The translations under genes and the position numbers were made by a program. Source: Candidatus Bathyarchaeota archaeon (lineage in GTDB: Archaea > Thermoproteota > Bathyarchaeia > Bathyarchaeales > Bathycorpusculaceae). Taken from it: a stretch of 64,000 bases of DNA. The notes beneath the pieces are model-generated. The model did not search any database and had not been told where the DNA came from. It saw only the letters and a list, made by a program, of their open reading frames with translations. The stretch's first letter is position 1, and every line of letters begins with the position of its first letter. Positions 59,708 through 64,000 of this stretch are shown here, in pieces. The stretch lies in assembly GCA_963826715.1 (NCBI GenBank), contig CAWGYA010000008.1, forward strand, positions 640,001-704,000. Reading direction: 5' to 3'.

Positions 59708-60286
59708 CTACATTTTTGGGTGTTTATTAATGAGTTGCAGAAGCCTCTCAAAACCATTCATATACGTGAATAATTCTTGGACAGGTGCGTCCTCTATGAC
59801 CAATATTTCGCTGGTTGAATATATGCAGCCATCAACCATCAAGTTATCTGTCAACTCTAATTCTTCAATGAACATGCCCTTTTCATCCCACAACCTTCCC
59901 CCTTCGCCTCGTTTGACTTGATTATTTAGGGCTTCTATAGTGCGCTGGGAAAACTGTATCGTAACGTTCGTGTAGGCAAAAACTTTTTTGCCGAGGCCAT
60001 GTGCAAACCCAATTTCATAAACTGTTCCTACGTCTGCGCTTGGACCACGAAACGGTGTTATGTTGGCAACTACGATTTCACAACTACGAATCAAATCCTC
60101 ATTTACTCTGCTAATAGCTAACCCCAGTTCTCTTGGGTTCTTATCCTTCCCACTAACTTCAACATCTAAGGGAAAAACACCTTCAAACCCGTGTTTTTTG
60201 CATAACGCTTTTTTGCGTTCAGAAATTTTTTTTGCGTTGAATAGGAACACTTCAGGTCCAGCGAGGTAAACCCTTTTGGTAGTCAC
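59708..60286 (-). CDS. Nucleoside 2-deoxyribosyltransferase family protein
   Basis: VYLAGPEVF, PFRGPSADVGTVYEIGFA, NLMV. Confidence 0.88.
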   Translation of the reverse strand: MTTKRVYLAGPEVFLFNAKKISERKKALCKKHGFEGVFPLDVEVSGKDKNPRELGLAISRVNEDLIRSCEIVVANITPFRGPSADVGTVYEIGFAHGLGKKVFAYTNVTIQFSQRTIEALNNQVKRGEGGRLWDEKGMFIEELELTDNLMVDGCIYSTSEILVIEDAPVQELFTYMNGFERLLQLINKHPKM

Positions 60287-60840
60287 GCGTTTTTGCCTCG
60301 AGATAACTTTAGCCGTGTTGTTATTAAAGAATTTTAAGCGCGGTCTCAGGAAAGGCTCGAACGAATATATATAACTTACAATTTAATGAGGTGATTAGAG
60401 TTGAATGCTAAACTCTTTTTTTATATGCTTTTGTCTATGCTGTTTGAATTCTGTTTGTATTTTGTTTAGTGTTTCACAACTTTTATGAACAAATCTTAAC
60501 TAAATTTATATTTGCCTAAACATGTTAATTGTGTTAGACCAATAGGGGATTAATCAAAATGCAAACTGAACTGAGTTATAGACTCTTAGAAGGCATTAAA
60601 AAGACTGGAATCCGGATGACAGTAATACTTGAGGAGATTGAAAAGATCGTATTACTGACTGCCTTTAAAGTAATTTTTACATGTACTTCCTTGGCTCTTG
60701 ATAGGTTTTCCCAAGATGGTAAGCCGCTAAATAATTAAATAACTTAAACAATTTCCTACAACAGGAACAACGAAATCTCCTTTTAAAATGAAAGAAAGCC
60801 CAAAAAGAAGCTAGTAGGGTTTTGTCCTAAGGTATGTTGT

Positions 60841-60962
60841 TGGCGCCGGGGAAGGGATTCGAACCCCTGCGAGCACGAAGCCCACCAGCTATCTTGCCGT
60901 TTGATCTGGCTGCCCATTTTTAGATCTCGAGGCTGGCGCGATAACCACTCCGCCACCCCGGC
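60841..60962 (-). tRNA. tRNA-Ser(CGA) with 35-nt intron at 37/38 (60891-60925) and encoded CCA
   Basis: Acceptor GCCGGGG/CCCCGGC, anticodon stem CCAGC/GCTGG with CTCGAG|A loop, long variable arm, GTTCGAATCC T-loop, G discriminator; 87 nt after intron removal. Confidence 0.93.
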
Positions 60963-61274
60963 TCCAGCCATTAAAGTGGGGTTCCCTCTAAAAGAGTTTT
61001 TCAATGCCTGAGGGGGTCTAAAGTCCCCGTTTTTTTAGGAAGGCTTAAGTTGTTTGAACCCACGATTGATTATACCAGGGTACTTTGGAAAATAAGCGCG
61101 GTTAAAAACTAACTTTAAACAAGGGTGTTTGTCTAATAGTTGAACAGATTTATCCGCAATTACCTTTGAAAGTGCGTTTTTGCTTTCTGCGCGGTTTAAT
61201 CATGCTTTTGCGTTTTTAATGGCAACGTTTATAACTATAATTACTATTTGCTAAAGGCGCGAAGCTGAAGTACA

Positions 61275-62288
61275 ATGGGACATCGTAAACATCATGCTCC
61301 AAAACATGGTTCACTAGCTTATTTACCTAGGAAACGCGCTAAGAGTCCAGTAGCACGTATACGCTATTGGCCAAAAATTAATGCGGATTCTCCTAGATTA
61401 TTAGGATTCTCAGCCTACAAGGCAGGCATGACCTACATTTTTACAATCGAAGACCGGAAACGTTCACCGAACTTCGGTAAAGAAGTTATGCGTGCAGCAA
61501 CAGTTTTAGAAACACCGCCTATCCTTGTATGTGGCATACGAACTTATGGTAAAACACCTTATGGACTGCAAAACCTCACTGAAGCTTGGATGAAGGAACC
61601 TCCAGCCAGCCTTGATCGTCTATTGGTTTTGCCTGAAAACTTTGAGACAGAGGTAATGTTAGATAAAATACAGCAGCGCCTAGAACAAACCGATATAGTT
61701 CGAGTAATCACAGCCACCCAACCCAGTCAAACAAGTCTTTCTAAGAAGAAACCAGAAACTTGCGAAATCCAAATCGGTGGCGGAACTATCGAGCAACAAT
61801 TCGAGTATGCTAAACAACTGCTCGGGAAAACCGTTACGCCCGAAGAAGTTTTCAAAGATGGGCAATATATCGACATTGCCGGTGTAACCGTGGGTAAAGG
61901 CTACCAAGGTCCCGTTAAACGTTGGGGAGTAACATGTCTGCAGCACAAAGGCAGAAAAACTAAACGTGGAATAGCTACCTTGGGTCCATGGAATCCCCAC
62001 CATCTTATGTACAGCATACCTCGTGCGGGTCAAATGGGATATCATCAACGTATCGAATTTAACAAACGTATCCTCAAAATTGGTAAGGATGGCAAAGAAG
62101 TCACCGTTAAAGGTGGATATGTTCGCTACGGCGAAGTCAACGGACCCTACATGGTACTTGAAGGTAGCATCCCTGGAACAGAAAAGCGTCAAATCCGCCT
62201 CCGGGTACCAGCGCGTCCACCAACAGAAGTTCCTGATGTTCCACCACAAGTAACATATATTTCACTGGAGTCTCCACAAGGGAAATAG
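61275..62288 (+). CDS. rpl3: 50S ribosomal protein L3
   Basis: HGSLAYLPRKRA, YKAGMT, GKGYQGPVKRWG, RAGQMGYHQR. Confidence 0.98.
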   Translation: MGHRKHHAPKHGSLAYLPRKRAKSPVARIRYWPKINADSPRLLGFSAYKAGMTYIFTIEDRKRSPNFGKEVMRAATVLETPPILVCGIRTYGKTPYGLQNLTEAWMKEPPASLDRLLVLPENFETEVMLDKIQQRLEQTDIVRVITATQPSQTSLSKKKPETCEIQIGGGTIEQQFEYAKQLLGKTVTPEEVFKDGQYIDIAGVTVGKGYQGPVKRWGVTCLQHKGRKTKRGIATLGPWNPHHLMYSIPRAGQMGYHQRIEFNKRILKIGKDGKEVTVKGGYVRYGEVNGPYMVLEGSIPGTEKRQIRLRVPARPPTEVPDVPPQVTYISLESPQGK

Positions 62289-62299
62289 GTTGAATAGTC

Positions 62300-63085
62300 A
62301 TGGCACAGAAAACCGCAGAAATCTTTGACTTACAAGGAAAGTCCACTGGGAAAATCAATCTCCCAGCTGTTTTCTCAACACCGCTAAGACCGGATGTAAT
62401 TAAACGTGCAGTCTTAGCCATACAATCAAACCGTCTTCAGCCTCAGGGCAGAGACCCAATGGCAGGCAAAAAAACCACTGCTGAATCACGTGGCACAGGC
62501 AGTGGTATCTCAAGAGTTCCGAGAATGAAAAGCGGAGCCGGTAGAGCTGCGTTTGCTCCCAGCACCGTCAAAGGCAGACAACCTCATCCACCTCGTGCAG
62601 AAAAAATTATAGTTAAAAACATTCCTAAAAAGGAAGCTAAACTCGCCTTGATATCCGCTATTGCAGCAACAGCAGAAAAAGATGTTGTTGTAGCACGAGG
62701 ACATAAAATCGAAAATGTTATCGCAATACCTTTGGTTATAGATAACGCCTTTGAAAATTTAACAAAGGTCAAAGAAGTTGAAGCTGTCTTTACAAGCCTC
62801 GGGTTCGCCGCAGAGCTCACACGAGTTAGAGATAGTCGTAAGATTCGCGCAGGAAAAGGTAAACATCGCGGCAGAAAAATGAAGCAGGCTGTAGGTCCGC
62901 TTATCGTGGTTGTTGAAGGTAAGAGTCTCTCGAAAGCAGCAAGTAATATTCCAGGTGTTGAAGTCTCCACTGTTGTTAATCTAAACACTGAAATGCTAGC
63001 GCCTGGTACTCATCCTGGCAGGTTAACGGTTTGGAGCAGCGGTGCCATTGAAAAATTATCATCTCTTTACGGAGAAACCCAATAA
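62300..63085 (+). CDS. rpl4: 50S ribosomal protein L4
   Basis: RPDVIKRA, AESRGTG, RAGKGKHRGR, LAPGTHPGRL. Confidence 0.98.
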   Translation: MAQKTAEIFDLQGKSTGKINLPAVFSTPLRPDVIKRAVLAIQSNRLQPQGRDPMAGKKTTAESRGTGSGISRVPRMKSGAGRAAFAPSTVKGRQPHPPRAEKIIVKNIPKKEAKLALISAIAATAEKDVVVARGHKIENVIAIPLVIDNAFENLTKVKEVEAVFTSLGFAAELTRVRDSRKIRAGKGKHRGRKMKQAVGPLIVVVEGKSLSKAASNIPGVEVSTVVNLNTEMLAPGTHPGRLTVWSSGAIEKLSSLYGETQ

Positions 63086-63345
63086 TGAAAATTGAAGAAA
63101 TAATCTTTTATCCTTTGATGACTGAATCAGCTAGCTTAATGGTAGAAAAAGACAACAAACTGATCTTCATCGTCAACTTCAAAGCAGGCAAAGCCGACAT
63201 TAAACGCGCCGTCGAAACCATGTATGAAGTGAAGGTTAAACGGGTAACTTTGCTTGTAACTCCACAGGGTCAAAAGAAAGCTTTTGTGAAGTTAATGCCA
63301 GAATTTCGAGCATCAGATGTTGCAATTAAACTTGGAATCCTCTAA
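63085..63345 (+). CDS. rpl23: 50S ribosomal protein L23
   Basis: PLMTE, NKLIFIV, KKAFVKL. Confidence 0.97.
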   Translation: MKIEEIIFYPLMTESASLMVEKDNKLIFIVNFKAGKADIKRAVETMYEVKVKRVTLLVTPQGQKKAFVKLMPEFRASDVAIKLGIL

Positions 63346-63363
63346 TAATTGAAGGCTTGACTT

Positions 63364-64000
63364 ATGGGAAAACGTATCCGTGTTCAAAGAAGAGGGCGTG
63401 GCGGACAAAACTTCCGCGCTTCGACTCATAAACGTGTAGCTCCAGCAAAATATCCAGCTATTGCTCCGAAAGAATCTTTCGAAGCTGAACTTCTCGGTAC
63501 AATAGTAGATTTAGTTCACGACCCAGGTCGCGGTTCTCCCCTGACCCTTATCGAATTCGAAGATGGCTCATCAGTTTATAACATCACCCCTGAAAGCGTC
63601 TTTGTAGGGCAAGAAATCGTATACGGCGGAAAAGCTCCCGCTGAAATCGGTAATATCTTGCCTTTGGGTAAGATGCCTGAAGGAACATTGGTCTGCGACC
63701 TTGAACTTCGCCCTGGTGACGGAGGAAAAATGGCTCGCAGCTCAGGTGCTTATGCAACCGTAGTAGGTCACACTCCACAGGGCACCATGATTCGGCTACC
63801 TTCTGGTAGAACTCGCTACGTTAACGATTACTGCTTAGCCACTGTCGGAGTAATTGCCGCTGCTGGACGAATTGAGAAACCTTTCTTGAAAGCAGGTGAG
63901 AAATATCATCAGATGAAGGCGAAAGGTCACAAGTACCCAAGAACAAGCGGCAGAAAAATGGTTCCCGCAGTTCACCCCTATGGCAGTAGCAAACGAAGTG
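63364..64000 (+). CDS. rpl2: 50S ribosomal protein L2 (partial, runs off window)
   Basis: Manual translation MGKRIRVQRRGRG...HDPGRG...PGDGGKMARSSG...HPYG. Confidence 0.97.
   Translation, partial: MGKRIRVQRRGRGGQNFRASTHKRVAPAKYPAIAPKESFEAELLGTIVDLVHDPGRGSPLTLIEFEDGSSVYNITPESVFVGQEIVYGGKAPAEIGNILPLGKMPEGTLVCDLELRPGDGGKMARSSGAYATVVGHTPQGTMIRLPSGRTRYVNDYCLATVGVIAAAGRIEKPFLKAGEKYHQMKAKGHKYPRTSGRKMVPAVHPYGSSKRS

Noticed and set aside
60559-60738. 59-aa ORF MQTELSYRLLEG... with a purine-rich upstream site
   Set aside because: Open frame confirmed by eye but no motif or other support
55206-60840. Integrated element at the tRNA-Ser 3' end
   Set aside because: AT-rich gaps and accessory genes are present, but I saw no integrase, transposase or duplicated tRNA 3' end
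60783-61004. 73-aa ORF
   Set aside because: Overlaps the tRNA-Ser gene; spurious

Overview
Archaeal chromosomal window made mostly of core genes. PolD (DP1+DP2) together with Elf1, a TFE-beta/RPC34-like factor, Rpo4 and an intron-containing tRNA point to a TACK archaeon, most likely Bathyarchaeia (inference). Left to right: a glycosyltransferase/B12-radical-SAM cluster; NAD, tRNA/rRNA-modification (KEOPS, TruD, Pus10, RlmE, RsmA), translation, proteasome and SRP genes; a replication origin (ORB boxes flanking an AT-rich unwinding element, about 42.4-43.0 kb) beside cdc6/orc1 and between the two PolD genes; transport/regulatory and accessory genes; tRNA-Ser(CGA); and the start of the L3-L4-L23-L2 operon. 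The most striking unexplained structure lies just left of the origin (39.7-42.6 kb). Three uncharacterised HTH-type proteins, one with membrane anchor + coiled coil + winged helix, are interleaved with three dense arrays of GTGA/TCAC palindromes and direct repeats. I propose this as a candidate ParA-free origin-tethering/segregation or initiation-control system; this is a hypothesis only. All assignments are from motif recognition by eye; no searches were run.
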